Below are positions 27,953-38,186 of a stretch of 64,000 nucleotides of DNA, piece by piece. Source of the stretch: Trueperaceae bacterium. GTDB lineage: Bacteria; Deinococcota; Deinococci; Deinococcales; Trueperaceae. Position 1 is the stretch's first letter. Each line of letters opens with the position of its first letter. Below the pieces are notes generated by a model. That model searched no databases. It saw only the letters and a program-made list of their open reading frames with translations, and was not told the origin of the DNA. The stretch is from assembly GCA_965213925.1 (NCBI GenBank), contig OZ243927.1, positions 2,112,001-2,176,000 of the forward strand, read 5' to 3'. Position numbers and translations under genes: made by a program.

Positions 27953-28924
27953 CTAGCGAGCCGTCAAGCGTTCACTCTCTTCAAATCGTGCGGACGCCCC
28001 GCCGAACCCTTTTTCTACTGCGTAGTCCTCGGATACGACAAGCCGCGCCCCGCTCGGCACGACTTCGGCGCTGAAGGGCGTGTGTCCCAAGGTCTCGCCG
28101 TCGATTTGAATCTCTAAGGGCGGCGTTGCGGAGATGCGCACGCGCTCGGCAGAAAAGATTTGCAAATCGCGGTAGTTCTCGAAGTTGCCGGTGATGAGCC
28201 GGAACACGAGGCGGAGAATGCCGCCCAGCGTGTTCGGCACGACCACGGCGAGGTCCAACTTGCCGTCGTGAGGGTTGCTGCTGCCCATCTTGATGTTCGC
28301 GTCGGCGATTTCGCCGACGTTGATGAGCATGACGGTGTGCGCCCGGAAGTGGTGCTCTACGCCGTCCACCTCGAGCGTCACGTCCGAGCGGCTGAGGGTG
28401 AAGAGGTGCTTGACACCTGAAACGATATAGGCTAAAAAGCCCAGGCGGTTCTTGATTTCGCGGGGCGCGTCCTCGATCATCCGCGCGTCCCAGCCGGCTC
28501 CTGCGACGATGGCGAAGTAGCGCTCGCGCTCGGGCAAGTAGCCCACGTCGAGCGGCACGGACACGCCGCGTAGAGCAAGCTCGAGCGCCTCGTCCGCACC
28601 GATGGGAATGCCCAGCGCGCGCGCGAGCAAGTTCGCCGTGCCACCCGGAAGCTGCGCCAAGGGAATGTCGCGCTCGTTCTCGATAAGACCGCTCATCGTC
28701 TCCATCACGGTGCCATCGCCGCCCGAGACGATCACGAGGTCGGCCCTGGTGGCTTTCGCCCACGCCAAGGCGTCGCCCTGCCCCTGCGTTTCGCGGACCT
28801 CGTAGGAGACGCCTTCTGTTTGGAGCTTAGCCTCGACTTTCTCCCTGAGCTTCGCCTGATCGCCCTGCCCTGAGACCGGATTGATAATAACTAAAACAGT
28901 TCTTTCGGTTACACCTTTTTCCAT
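27953..28924 (-). CDS. Diacylglycerol kinase family lipid kinase
   Basis: INPVSG, GGDGT, PGGTANLLA, DGKLD and QIDGE motifs. Confidence 0.9.
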   Translation of the reverse strand: MEKGVTERTVLVIINPVSGQGDQAKLREKVEAKLQTEGVSYEVRETQGQGDALAWAKATRADLVIVSGGDGTVMETMSGLIENERDIPLAQLPGGTANLLARALGIPIGADEALELALRGVSVPLDVGYLPERERYFAIVAGAGWDARMIEDAPREIKNRLGFLAYIVSGVKHLFTLSRSDVTLEVDGVEHHFRAHTVMLINVGEIADANIKMGSSNPHDGKLDLAVVVPNTLGGILRLVFRLITGNFENYRDLQIFSAERVRISATPPLEIQIDGETLGHTPFSAEVVPSGARLVVSEDYAVEKGFGGASARFEESERLTAR

Positions 28925-29088
28925 GCGTGTTTGCTCTCCCGTTTCTACAGGATGTGTATAGCTCGAGTGCGCCGTTACTTGGCCCAAGTCTACACCGTTC
29001 TATCCGAGTGGATGCGGGTCTGAGTCTCTACTTCGCTGCGTGCATCTCTAGCACTTGCGGACGCTTCGCAATGAAAGTCGAGAGAAAT

Positions 29089-29118
29089 AAGAGGTCGGAC
29101 TTTTCAGTCCGACCTCTT
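29089..29118. terminator. Hairpin downstream of the tRNA pair, probable terminator
   Basis: Perfect 13-bp stem aagaggtcggact/agtccgacctctt. Confidence 0.75.
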
Positions 29119-29233
29119 TAACACGTTTATGCCTCCTGAGTTGGAAGGGCGCAAGTATCATCACTGAAAGTACGTGCCAAAGCGCCACTTTATCAACTGA
29201 GAGCGTTTGTGACCAGATGATACCTGCTGTCAA

Positions 29234-29315
29234 TGCGAGGAATGGGACTTGAACCCACACACCTTGCGGTACTAGATCCTAAATCTAGCGCGTCTACCAA
29301 TTCCGCCATCCTCGC
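29234..29315 (-). tRNA. tRNA-Leu(TAG)
   Basis: GCGAGGA acceptor stem, GGCGGAATTGGTAGAC D-arm, anticodon loop TTTAGGA, long variable arm and GGTTCAAGTCC T-arm; CCA is not encoded. Confidence 0.95.
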
Positions 29316-29319
29316 AAAA

Positions 29320-29390
29320 AGTGGTAAAAGATTGAAGATGAAAGAAAAAAGATTTTGTAATCTTTTTTCTATCTTCAATCTTTTATCATT
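29320..29390. repeat. Long heptamer-periodic hairpin between the tRNA genes
   Basis: aagattg-aagatga-aagaaaa-aagattt paired with its near-perfect reverse complement (about 30-bp stem). Confidence 0.75.
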
Positions 29391-29391
29391 A

Positions 29392-29469
29392 TGGGGTGAG
29401 TGATGGGTCTTGAACCCACGACCTCCGGGACCACAACCCGGCGCTCTAACCAACTGAGCTACACCCACC
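29392..29469 (-). tRNA. tRNA-His(GTG)
   Basis: Encoded G-1, TAGCTCAGTTGGTTAGAGC D-arm, anticodon loop TTGTGGT, GGTTCAAGACC T-arm and 3' CCA. Confidence 0.95.
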
Positions 29470-29559
29470 GTGCGCGTACCCATACTACCAAGTTTAGCGC
29501 CCTTTGCGCCACACTTCTCAGTACGTCAGCGCGCTCGAGCAGTCTCGAGGGCACCGCCA

Positions 29560-29589
29560 AGTTTACTCAACTTACGCGCCGCATGTCAA
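29560..29589 (-). promoter_or_regulatory. Putative promoter of the tRNA-His/Leu operon
   Basis: TTGACA-18 nt-TAAACT on the minus strand. Confidence 0.6.
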
Positions 29590-29594
29590 GGGGG

Positions 29595-30080
29595 CTAGAG
29601 CAACCGGCGCACGCCGCGCCGCGTCAAGTCAGCGGCAACGCCGTAAAAGAAGTGCGTGGTCAGCTCGTTGGCTTGCCGTCCCAAGGGAATCTTAAACGGT
29701 CCGCCCTCTAAACCTAAAAGAGGCAGCGTAGTTCCGTGCGTCAGGGTGAAAAGAGCCGCGCCGAAAGACACGCCGTAGCCCCTACTTGCGGCGGGCGCAA
29801 GCTCGGCGAGTGCGCCGTACGCGCTCCCCGTGAGCGACCCAAAGGTCCAGTGAATCGCCTCTTCGAACTCGTCTTCGCGCCCTTCGACGCGCGCGTCTCC
29901 CCAGATTTTCTTGGCGGCGACAACAGGTGGCGACTCCGCGTCGGGCGGACGGGGCGGGAACGCCTCCTCAGCGAGCGACTTCACCGCCGTAGCGACAATG
30001 CCGCCGACTAAACCCGCTAGCGCTCCCTTGAGCACGTCGTCTCTATTGACTTCAACTTGACCATTCAAACGCTCGTTCAC
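29595..30080 (-). CDS. DUF1440-like membrane protein
   Basis: GALAGLVGG...FPPR...SPP...HWTFG...YG...ELTTHFFYG pattern; GAGGAGG SD before a GTG. Confidence 0.75.
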   Translation of the reverse strand: MNERLNGQVEVNRDDVLKGALAGLVGGIVATAVKSLAEEAFPPRPPDAESPPVVAAKKIWGDARVEGREDEFEEAIHWTFGSLTGSAYGALAELAPAASRGYGVSFGAALFTLTHGTTLPLLGLEGGPFKIPLGRQANELTTHFFYGVAADLTRRGVRRLL

Positions 30081-30181
30081 GCGCGTTCCTCCTCGGCACA
30101 AGCTTAACAGAAGGGGCGGGAAGCGAGATTATGTCTATCTTCCATTTACTAGCAGGTATACCCGCTGACGCCGGGCACAGG

Positions 30182-30243
30182 TCATCTGGTCTGAAACGTT
30201 CCCACTGTGAAAAACGCCGATGAGCACGCACGTTGTGAGATGA
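30182..30243 (-). repeat. 62-nt dispersed intergenic repeat, copy A
   Basis: 46/62 identical to 36967-37028 without gaps; terminal 6-bp inverted repeat. Confidence 0.65.
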
Positions 30244-30340
30244 AGTTCCGTTACAGCAAAGCTGTGAAATCTGCGGCGTTCTGTCTCAGTATGTTTTGGA
30301 AGTGCTTTACTTCTCACTGCCTACTCGCTGACGCCGCTCA

Positions 30341-30544
30341 TCAGTTGAGTTCACGCTCGCCTTGTAGGTTGACGGGCGGCACCTCTTCGTCCTCCAGATA
30401 CAGATAGTCGTCAATGGTCTCCAAGAGGTCGCGCAGTCTGGGGTCGTCCACGAGCGCGTCGCAGAGTTCTAGGCGCTCGGCTTCGCCTAATGCGGCGAGC
30501 GCGTCGATAAGGTCTTGTAAGGTTTCGGGTTTTGGGTTAGGCAT
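30341..30544 (-). CDS. Small acidic hypothetical protein
   Basis: 67-aa ORF with GGAG SD. Confidence 0.6.
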   Translation of the reverse strand: MPNPKPETLQDLIDALAALGEAERLELCDALVDDPRLRDLLETIDDYLYLEDEEVPPVNLQGERELN

Positions 30545-30594
30545 AGAGACTCCGTTAAGATGAGCGGTATGCTCCATTTTAAGCGGACCGCGCT

Positions 30595-31008
30595 ATGAAT
30601 AATGCAGTAAACCCTACCGCCATGCGGCTCACGCCCGGCGAAGACCTCAAAGAGGTGCTGCGCGAATTCACTCAAACTCGAGCGCTAAAAGCGGGCATCA
30701 TCTTGACCTGTGTAGGCAGTCTGGCGGAGGCGTCGCTGCGCTTTGCCGGGCGCGACGAGACGACGACCTTACCGGGTCCCTTCGAAATCCTCTCGCTCGT
30801 TGGCACGCTCTCCCCTGAGGGCGTTCACCTCCACGTCGCCCTCGCTGATGGAGAGGGCAGGACGGTAGGCGGACACGTGCAGCCGGGTTGCTTGGTCTAC
30901 ACGACGGCCGAACTCGTCGTAGGGGAGCTGAGCGGGCTGACGTTCCTGCGGACGTTCGACACGGTGACGGGTTACGGCGAGCTGGAGGTGCGCGGCGAAA
31001 AGGGGTGA
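30595..31008 (+). CDS. PPC / DUF296 domain protein
   Basis: RLTPGEDL, CVGSL, FEILSLVGT, HLH, GGHV and TTAELV motifs. Confidence 0.9.
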   Translation: MNNAVNPTAMRLTPGEDLKEVLREFTQTRALKAGIILTCVGSLAEASLRFAGRDETTTLPGPFEILSLVGTLSPEGVHLHVALADGEGRTVGGHVQPGCLVYTTAELVVGELSGLTFLRTFDTVTGYGELEVRGEKG

Positions 31009-32042
31009 AGGTCGGTTTTGGGAAGGCAGAGACGGACCTCTCGTCCTACCGTGAGACCTAAGCGGCGCACCTCCGTTTCGGGCAGGAGAACCTCTAGCGT
31101 ACCGCTATTTGAGACGTGAAGGGTAAGTAGCGCGTCCTTGCCCTGCAAAGAGGTTTGTAAAAGTGCCGCGTTTAGCACGTTTTCCCGTAGGTCGTTTTGA
31201 GCGGAGTTGCTCGAGCCAATCACCCGCACCCGCTCAGGGCGAACGCCGAGGAGCGAGGTCGAGGTGGCGTGAGGGAGCGTTAGCACTGCTTCTCCCCACC
31301 TGACCTGCGTTCCGCCTAGCGGCTCGACCTCCAAGAGGTTGCTCATCCCGACGAGTTTGGCGACGCTCGAGCTGGCGGGGCGGTGCATGACCTCTTGGGC
31401 GCTGCCGAGCTGCACCACGCGCCCCGCCTCGTAAACCGCGAGCGTGTCGGCGAGCATCGTCGCTTCGCTGAGGTCGTGCGTGACCAAAACGAGCGGCACC
31501 TCTAAGCGGCTCAAGAGGTCGCTGACGCGGCGGCGCAAGGTGGCGCGCACGAGGTCGTCGAGCGCAGCGAAGGGCTCGTCGAGCAGTAAGAGGCGCGGCT
31601 CCGAGGCGAGCGCCCGCGCGAGCGCCACGCGCTGCTGCTGTCCGCCGGAAAGCTCATGCGGATAGCGCGCTGCGAAGTCGGAAAGCTCCATCTGACTGAG
31701 CCACGCCTGCGCCCTCTCCCGCCCCGACCCCTTACGGAAGCTATACGCCACGTTTTGCAGCGCCGTGAGGTGCGGGAAGAGGTGATAGCCCTGCGCGACG
31801 TAGCCGATGCGCCGCCGCTGCGGTTTGAGGTCGATACGCCGCGCCGAGTCGAACAGGGGCGTGCCGCCCACGCGGATGTGTCCGCGCCCCGGCGTGAGAA
31901 GACCGGCGATCGCCTCTAAGGTCAAGCTCTTGCCCGAGCCCGACGCGCCGAAGAGCGCCAAACGGGAACTCGCCGTGCGAAAGGACGGCTCGAGGACGAA
32001 ACCCTCCAAGGTCGCGTGGATGTGAAGCTCGAGCCCTGTCAT
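30972..32042 (-). CDS. modC: Molybdate ABC transporter ATP-binding protein
   Basis: [16 protein letters not shown] and LLLDEPF motifs with a C-terminal TOBE-like region; in operon with modAB. Confidence 0.85.
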   Translation of the reverse strand: MTGLELHIHATLEGFVLEPSFRTASSRLALFGASGSGKSLTLEAIAGLLTPGRGHIRVGGTPLFDSARRIDLKPQRRRIGYVAQGYHLFPHLTALQNVAYSFRKGSGRERAQAWLSQMELSDFAARYPHELSGGQQQRVALARALASEPRLLLLDEPFAALDDLVRATLRRRVSDLLSRLEVPLVLVTHDLSEATMLADTLAVYEAGRVVQLGSAQEVMHRPASSSVAKLVGMSNLLEVEPLGGTQVRWGEAVLTLPHATSTSLLGVRPERVRVIGSSNSAQNDLRENVLNAALLQTSLQGKDALLTLHVSNSGTLEVLLPETEVRRLGLTVGREVRLCLPKTDLHPFSPRTSSSP

Positions 32043-32051
32043 CTCGTCAGG

Positions 32052-32795
32052 TCATCTCATCACATAGCTTCTGCGAACGACGAAGCGGAAGAGAAAAAGC
32101 AGCAAAAACGCGCTCACCGTGAGTACCGCCGAGAGCGCTAGTGCCGCGTCCAGGTCGCTCTCCAGCGCGGCGTAGATCGCGAGCGGCATCGTGCGCGTGC
32201 GCCCCGCGAACGAGCCCGCGAAGACCACCGTCGCCCCGAACTCGCCTAGCGCCCGCGCCCACGCGAGCACGACCCCTTCGATGAGGTACGGCACGACCAA
32301 GGGCAGCGTCACGCGCACGAAGGTTTCGTAGCGGCTCATGCCGAGCGTGAGCGAGACGGCCTCCAACCTTCTCGGCACAGAGGTGAAGCCCGCTTTCATG
32401 GCGCGAATGAAAAGCGGCGAGGCGCTAAAAAGCTGCGCTAAAACCACCGCCGAAGCGGAGAAGGCGACGTTTATCTCGAGTTCCGCCAGTGCCCCGCCCA
32501 GGAGTCCGCGCCGCCCGAAGACGAGCAGGAGCCCGACCCCCGCCACCACGGGCGGCAGCACCAGCGGCAGGTCTAAGAGCGTATCTAAAAGCCTGTGTCC
32601 GGGGAAGCGGTAGCGCGCCAAGAGGTACGCCGTCGGCGTGCCGAGCAGGAGCGTGAGCGAGAGGCTGATGCTCGTCGTGACGAGGCTGAGCCTAAGCGCT
32701 TGCAGCGCGGCGGGTTCTAAAAGCGCGCCCATCAGCTCGGGGTTAAAAGCCCGCAGCAGCAGCGCGAGCGTCGGCAACACGAGGAGCGCCCCCAT
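32052..32795 (-). CDS. modB: Molybdate ABC transporter permease
   Basis: DLPLVLPPVVAG, ARALGEFGAT and TRTMPLAIY motifs; the true start may be slightly upstream. Confidence 0.9.
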   Translation of the reverse strand: MGALLVLPTLALLLRAFNPELMGALLEPAALQALRLSLVTTSISLSLTLLLGTPTAYLLARYRFPGHRLLDTLLDLPLVLPPVVAGVGLLLVFGRRGLLGGALAELEINVAFSASAVVLAQLFSASPLFIRAMKAGFTSVPRRLEAVSLTLGMSRYETFVRVTLPLVVPYLIEGVVLAWARALGEFGATVVFAGSFAGRTRTMPLAIYAALESDLDAALALSAVLTVSAFLLLFLFRFVVRRSYVMR

Positions 32796-32832
32796 GACGA
32801 CGCCCGCGGCGACGGGCAGAAAGGGCGGAAGG

Positions 32833-33579
32833 TTAGGGCTGCGCAGGGGAGAAGCCTCGCTCCGCTAGGGTTTCTTGACCGCTCGTCTGGACGAATTCGA
32901 CGAACGCCGACGCCAACTCGGGGTGTCCACTGTCCGCGAGCACCGCGATAGGATAGCGCGCCGTGACGTTATATGCCGCCGGAATCTCGATAATATCGAC
33001 CCCGCTCAGCACCGCCGCGTCGGTCGCGTAGACGAGCGCCGCGTCCGCCTCGCCGAGCCCCACTTTCGCCGCGACTTGCCGCACGTTCGTTTCTTCAGAA
33101 ACGAGGTTCGCCAGGACGCGCGCCGAGAAGTCCGCGCCGTAGACCGCGTTCAACCGCCCTAAAACCTCCAGCGCGTAACGCCCCGCCGGTACGTTCGGTC
33201 CCGCCAAGACGAGCAGCACGCCCGGCTCGGCGAGGTCTCGAAGCGTTTGAATAGCTGAACCCGCCGGCGTGATGACGACGAGACGGTTTTGCGCGAAGGT
33301 CTGCGGCTCACCCTTCAGCAGCCCCGCCTCCGCGACCATGCCCATCTGCGCCTCGTCCGCGCTGGCGAACACGTCGGCGGGCGCGCCCTGCAAAATCTGC
33401 GTGCTCAAGGTGGACGAGCCCGCGAAGTTGAGGACGACCTCCACGCCTTGCTCCGCCTCGAACGCCGCCGCGACCGCTTCGAACGACTCGGTGAGGCTCG
33501 AGGCGGCAAATACCGCCAGCTCCTGCGCGTAAGTGACGCTAATTAGAGAGAGTAAAAAAACGAGAATCGTAGAGCGCAC
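32833..33579 (-). CDS. modA: Molybdate ABC transporter substrate-binding protein
   Basis: Signal peptide; FAASSL, NFAGSS, GAPADVFASA, VPAGRYA and VYATDA motifs. Confidence 0.92.
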   Translation of the reverse strand: MRSTILVFLLSLISVTYAQELAVFAASSLTESFEAVAAAFEAEQGVEVVLNFAGSSTLSTQILQGAPADVFASADEAQMGMVAEAGLLKGEPQTFAQNRLVVITPAGSAIQTLRDLAEPGVLLVLAGPNVPAGRYALEVLGRLNAVYGADFSARVLANLVSEETNVRQVAAKVGLGEADAALVYATDAAVLSGVDIIEIPAAYNVTARYPIAVLADSGHPELASAFVEFVQTSGQETLAERGFSPAQP

Positions 33580-33639
33580 AACCGACTATATCAAGCTGTT
33601 TCGGAATGAAAGGCTCAGATTTGACACGAAGAGGTCAAG

Positions 33640-34143
33640 TTACGACTCTGCCTCATTTTGAGGGACGCGGTTTTGCTCGAGTCTGCCTAGCAGTCCCGTC
33701 AAAGCGTCCACACCGAGGAGGAGCCCAACACCTAAAACGAGCCTCACCGCTCCACTAATAGGCCGAACTAGATTTGTGAAGCCCGCCGGTGCAAAAAGAC
33801 CGTCCGCCGCTGCCTGCAGCAAGTCGGCGGCTCCTTGCACCGCGAAGATGAGCCCGACTACCGAAAAAGCTAAACGCTGCACTTGCTGAAACGAGAGGGT
33901 GCCGACGCTTATCTCGCTAGGCTTGGGCGTGAGCCAGGTGGCAAGGCGGGGCGCGTAACGCCACAGCGCGAACGCAACGCCGAGGGTGACAAAGGTATTT
34001 GCGGCGTAAGAGGTGACAAAAAGAAAGACCTCTTCCGTGCTAAAAAGTGAAGGGATAATCCAGGTGAGAGAGGTCAGCGTGACGAGGACGAAGTAGAGCG
34101 CTAAAACTCGGCAAGCAAGGACGGAGAGGTCTCGGGTGTCCAT
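33640..34143 (-). CDS. Hypothetical 4-TM membrane protein
   Basis: Four hydrophobic segments; N-terminus resembles the 48804-49070 product. Confidence 0.7.
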   Translation of the reverse strand: MDTRDLSVLACRVLALYFVLVTLTSLTWIIPSLFSTEEVFLFVTSYAANTFVTLGVAFALWRYAPRLATWLTPKPSEISVGTLSFQQVQRLAFSVVGLIFAVQGAADLLQAAADGLFAPAGFTNLVRPISGAVRLVLGVGLLLGVDALTGLLGRLEQNRVPQNEAES

Positions 34144-34293
34144 ATCCTGATTATGGCGCAGAGGGTGGTTTAGAGACAACTCGAGCCGACAGATACGCGC
34201 TTCTGTTCGCGTTCCCGCGAGGTTGAAGGTACCGCGTAGCGTGCGCCCCGAACAACACCCTTTTTCGATGCCACTTTGCGGTATGCTCTTCGG

Positions 34294-35232
34294 GTGAGCA
34301 CCGAAACCGTGCAGACTTTACAAACGCGCTTTTTAGACCGCAACGAACGCGCTCTAGCGAGGGCGATCAGCCTCATCGAGCGCGGTCAAGACGAAGGTCA
34401 AGCCCTCCTCAAAGCGGTGCGTTCACGAGGGGGCAAGGCGCGCATCGTCGGGCTGACGGGCTCACCCGGTAGCGGCAAGAGCACCTTAGCCGACAGGCTA
34501 ATCGGTGAAGTTAGGGAGCGCGGGCAAGAGGTCGCCGTCGTCGCCGTAGACCCCACGAGCCCTTACAGCGGCGGCGCGATTCTGGGCGACCGAATCCGCA
34601 TGATGCGCCACCACAAAGACCCCGGTGTCTACATCCGCTCGATGGCGACGAGAGGTCATCTAGGCGGCTTGGCGGCGGCGACGCTGCAAGTCATCGCGCT
34701 TTTAGACGCTTACGGCTTCGACTACATCTTCGTGGAAACAGTCGGCGTCGGTCAGTCGGAGGTGGACATCGTGCAGGTGGCGGACTCGACCGTGCTCATC
34801 CTCAATCCGGGGCAGGGCGACGGCGTGCAGGCGTTCAAGGCGGGCATCATGGAAATCGCGGACCTCTTCGCTATTAACAAAGCGGACCATGACGGCACCG
34901 GGCGCTTAAAGCGTGAGATTCAAGCTGCGCTCGACTTGGGCATGTGGGAAGAAGGCGCGTGGCGTCCTCCGCTGCAAGAGACTGTCGCCCTAGAGAATAA
35001 AGGCAGCGAAGACCTCTTGGCGCACCTCTCAGAACATTATAAGCATCTGAAAACGACGGGCGAATTAGAGGAGCGCAGGCGCAGGCGGGCTCGCTTCGAA
35101 ATCTCCGCGATGGTCACCGCCCAGGTGCAGCGGCGCGTGGAGGCGGACGAGGCGCGTTACGTCGAGGCGGTGCTAAAGGGCGACCTCTCGCCCGCTGAAG
35201 TGGTGGATGAGTTGCTGGGCTCGAGGGTTTAG
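34294..35232 (+). CDS. meaB: Methylmalonyl-CoA mutase-associated GTPase MeaB/ArgK
   Basis: GSPGSGKST, VDPTSPYSGGAILGDRIRM, ETVGVGQSE, KAGIME and NKAD motifs; TATGCT 6 nt before GTG 34294. Confidence 0.93.
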   Translation: MSTETVQTLQTRFLDRNERALARAISLIERGQDEGQALLKAVRSRGGKARIVGLTGSPGSGKSTLADRLIGEVRERGQEVAVVAVDPTSPYSGGAILGDRIRMMRHHKDPGVYIRSMATRGHLGGLAAATLQVIALLDAYGFDYIFVETVGVGQSEVDIVQVADSTVLILNPGQGDGVQAFKAGIMEIADLFAINKADHDGTGRLKREIQAALDLGMWEEGAWRPPLQETVALENKGSEDLLAHLSEHYKHLKTTGELEERRRRRARFEISAMVTAQVQRRVEADEARYVEAVLKGDLSPAEVVDELLGSRV

Positions 35233-35274
35233 AAAGAAGCTGTTAGCTCTTAGCCATTAAGTGCCCGCACTTAT

Positions 35275-35442
35275 TACACTGTCAACTAAGTATTGATACC
35301 TTCTCACTGATGTCACCCTGAGCCGAAGGCGTAAGGGTCTCGTCTCGCAATCTCTGTTAGAGGAGTCAGCAAGGGCAGAGATTCTTACGCTCCACTGCGT
35401 TCCGCTCAGAATGACATCACTTATTCTTTAGTTGACAGAGTA
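35275..35442. mobile_element. MITE-like non-coding element, copy 2
   Basis: TIRs TACACTGTCAACTAA/TTAGTTGACAGAGTA; core cactgatgtcaccctgagccgaaggcgtaagggtctcgtct is identical to copy 1. Confidence 0.75.
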
Positions 35443-35667
35443 CTTATTTAAGTTAAACCAAAAGTGCGGCGTAAACACTGTACAGGACTGTAGAATCAGC
35501 AGCTCGAGCGCTCTAAGGTAGTTAAACCTAATTAGGTACGAGTATTTAGCTGTTAGCTTTTGCTAATACCCAAGCGCTAAAAGCTAATAGACCTCGTTAT
35601 CAAGATTTAGAGCGCCGAGACGCAGACGTTATCTTGCAACGTGCGTGCGAAACTCTCGCCGACTTGA

Positions 35668-36787
<1,120 letters not shown>

Positions 36788-36790
36788 AGA

Positions 36791-36918
36791 TGAGCAACGA
36801 GCAATGAGTCTAAAGCCTTTCACTCATTGCTCACCGTTCGTTCCTTTCACATTCGTGAAAACTACGTAATCGGAAGCTAAAACCACCAGCTCGACTGGAT
36901 TGCTTTTAACTCATTGCT
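36791..36918 (-). repeat. Heptamer-based composite element (AGCAATG type), copy 1
   Basis: Shares agcaatgagttaaaagcaaYccagtc (25/26) and cgaacggYgagcaatgagt...ttgctca with 53596-53729. Confidence 0.75.
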
Positions 36919-36966
36919 GCCTTTTACAACAGTTCACGTGAACACTGAGCTTGAATCACGCAAGTA

Positions 36967-37028
36967 TCATTTCGCAATGTGCGTGCTCATCAATGTTTTT
37001 TAACGTGAGACTGGCTCAAACCAAATGA
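36967..37028 (+). repeat. 62-nt dispersed intergenic repeat, copy B
   Basis: Homologous to 30182-30243; a partial third copy lies at 35629-35648. Confidence 0.65.
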
Positions 37029-37150
37029 TACTTGCTATAGATGTCATTGACCCTACGCGCTTTTTTTCGCGTTAAGCGTATACTTTTTGTAGTGATTTAG
37101 GAACGCATCCACCCAGACAATCCAAAGACCATTCAATTCGAAAGGACATT

Positions 37151-38134
37151 ATGTCTTATTTACTTCGCGGCATTGCGGCGGATGGGGGCATTCGCGTGGT
37201 CGCTGCTGACACAACGAAGCTCGTCGAGGAGGCGAGAGAGCGCCACGACACCTCACCGACGGCGACGGCGGCGCTAGGGCGCACCTTGACGGGCGCACTG
37301 CTGCTTTCGCACGTGCTTCTCAAAAATCCGCAAGACCGCGTGACCCTGCGCTTGCGCGGCGACGGTCCGATGGGCGGCGTGATTGCAGACGCGGGCTTAG
37401 ACGGCTCCGTGCGCGGTTACGTCACGAATCCGAATACCTACGTGCCGCTCCGTCCCGACGGCAAGCTCAACGTGGGCGGCGCACTTGGCAAGGGCGACTT
37501 GCAAGTGATTCGTGCTCACGCGCCTTACGGCGACCCCTACAGCTCATCGGTTGACCTCGTTACAGGCGAAGTCGCTGAAGACATCGCCGTTTTTCTGGCG
37601 CAGTCCGAGCAGATCAGCTCCGCTGTATTAGTAGGCGTCTACATGGAGCGCAACGGCGTCGTTAAGTCGGGCGGTGTGATTCTGCAGGCCCTACCCGACG
37701 CCGACCCCGCCGCTTTAGACCTCTTAGAAGCCAACGTCAAAGCGGTCGGGCAACTCACCGACGCGATGCAGCGCGTTTCGCTTTTGGAGATTTTAGAGGA
37801 ACTCTGCTGGGGTTTGGACTTTAAGCTCTTGACGCAAGACGCCTTACCGCTTAGGTTCGAATGTCATTGCAGCGATGAAAAAGCCCTAGACGCCCTCGCC
37901 TATTTCTCCCCCGAAGAGCGCGAGCAGATGATCGAAGAGGATGACGGCGCAGAAGCCGTGTGTCACTGGTGTGGCGAGAAACGCTGGATAACGCCGGAGC
38001 AAATTCGCACGATCTCAAGCGACGAAATTCGCTGCCCGGAGTGCGACACGCTCTGGTATAGGGAGGGACAAGTGACGATGGTGCGCGAGTCGGAGCGGTG
38101 CGCGTGCGGGGTGCCGGTGCAACTTCCCGCTTAA
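37151..38134 (+). CDS. hslO: Hsp33 redox-regulated chaperone with an extra C-terminal Cys cluster
   Basis: ATAALGRTLT, GDGPMGG, GEVAED, SEQ and CHC...CHWC zinc switch, followed by CPEC...CAC. Confidence 0.92.
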   Translation: MSYLLRGIAADGGIRVVAADTTKLVEEARERHDTSPTATAALGRTLTGALLLSHVLLKNPQDRVTLRLRGDGPMGGVIADAGLDGSVRGYVTNPNTYVPLRPDGKLNVGGALGKGDLQVIRAHAPYGDPYSSSVDLVTGEVAEDIAVFLAQSEQISSAVLVGVYMERNGVVKSGGVILQALPDADPAALDLLEANVKAVGQLTDAMQRVSLLEILEELCWGLDFKLLTQDALPLRFECHCSDEKALDALAYFSPEEREQMIEEDDGAEAVCHWCGEKRWITPEQIRTISSDEIRCPECDTLWYREGQVTMVRESERCACGVPVQLPA

Positions 38135-38151
38135 CACTCACCTTTCATCTA

Positions 38152-38186
38152 AAAGAGGTCGCTTCGTGAGCGACCTTTTCTTTTTT
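38152..38186. terminator. Intrinsic terminator between hslO and the homoisocitrate dehydrogenase gene
   Basis: aggtcgct-tcgtg-agcgacct stem followed by a T run. Confidence 0.8.

Noticed and set aside
29234..29469. Integrative element at the tRNA genes
   Set aside because: No integrase and no duplicated tRNA 3' end were seen.
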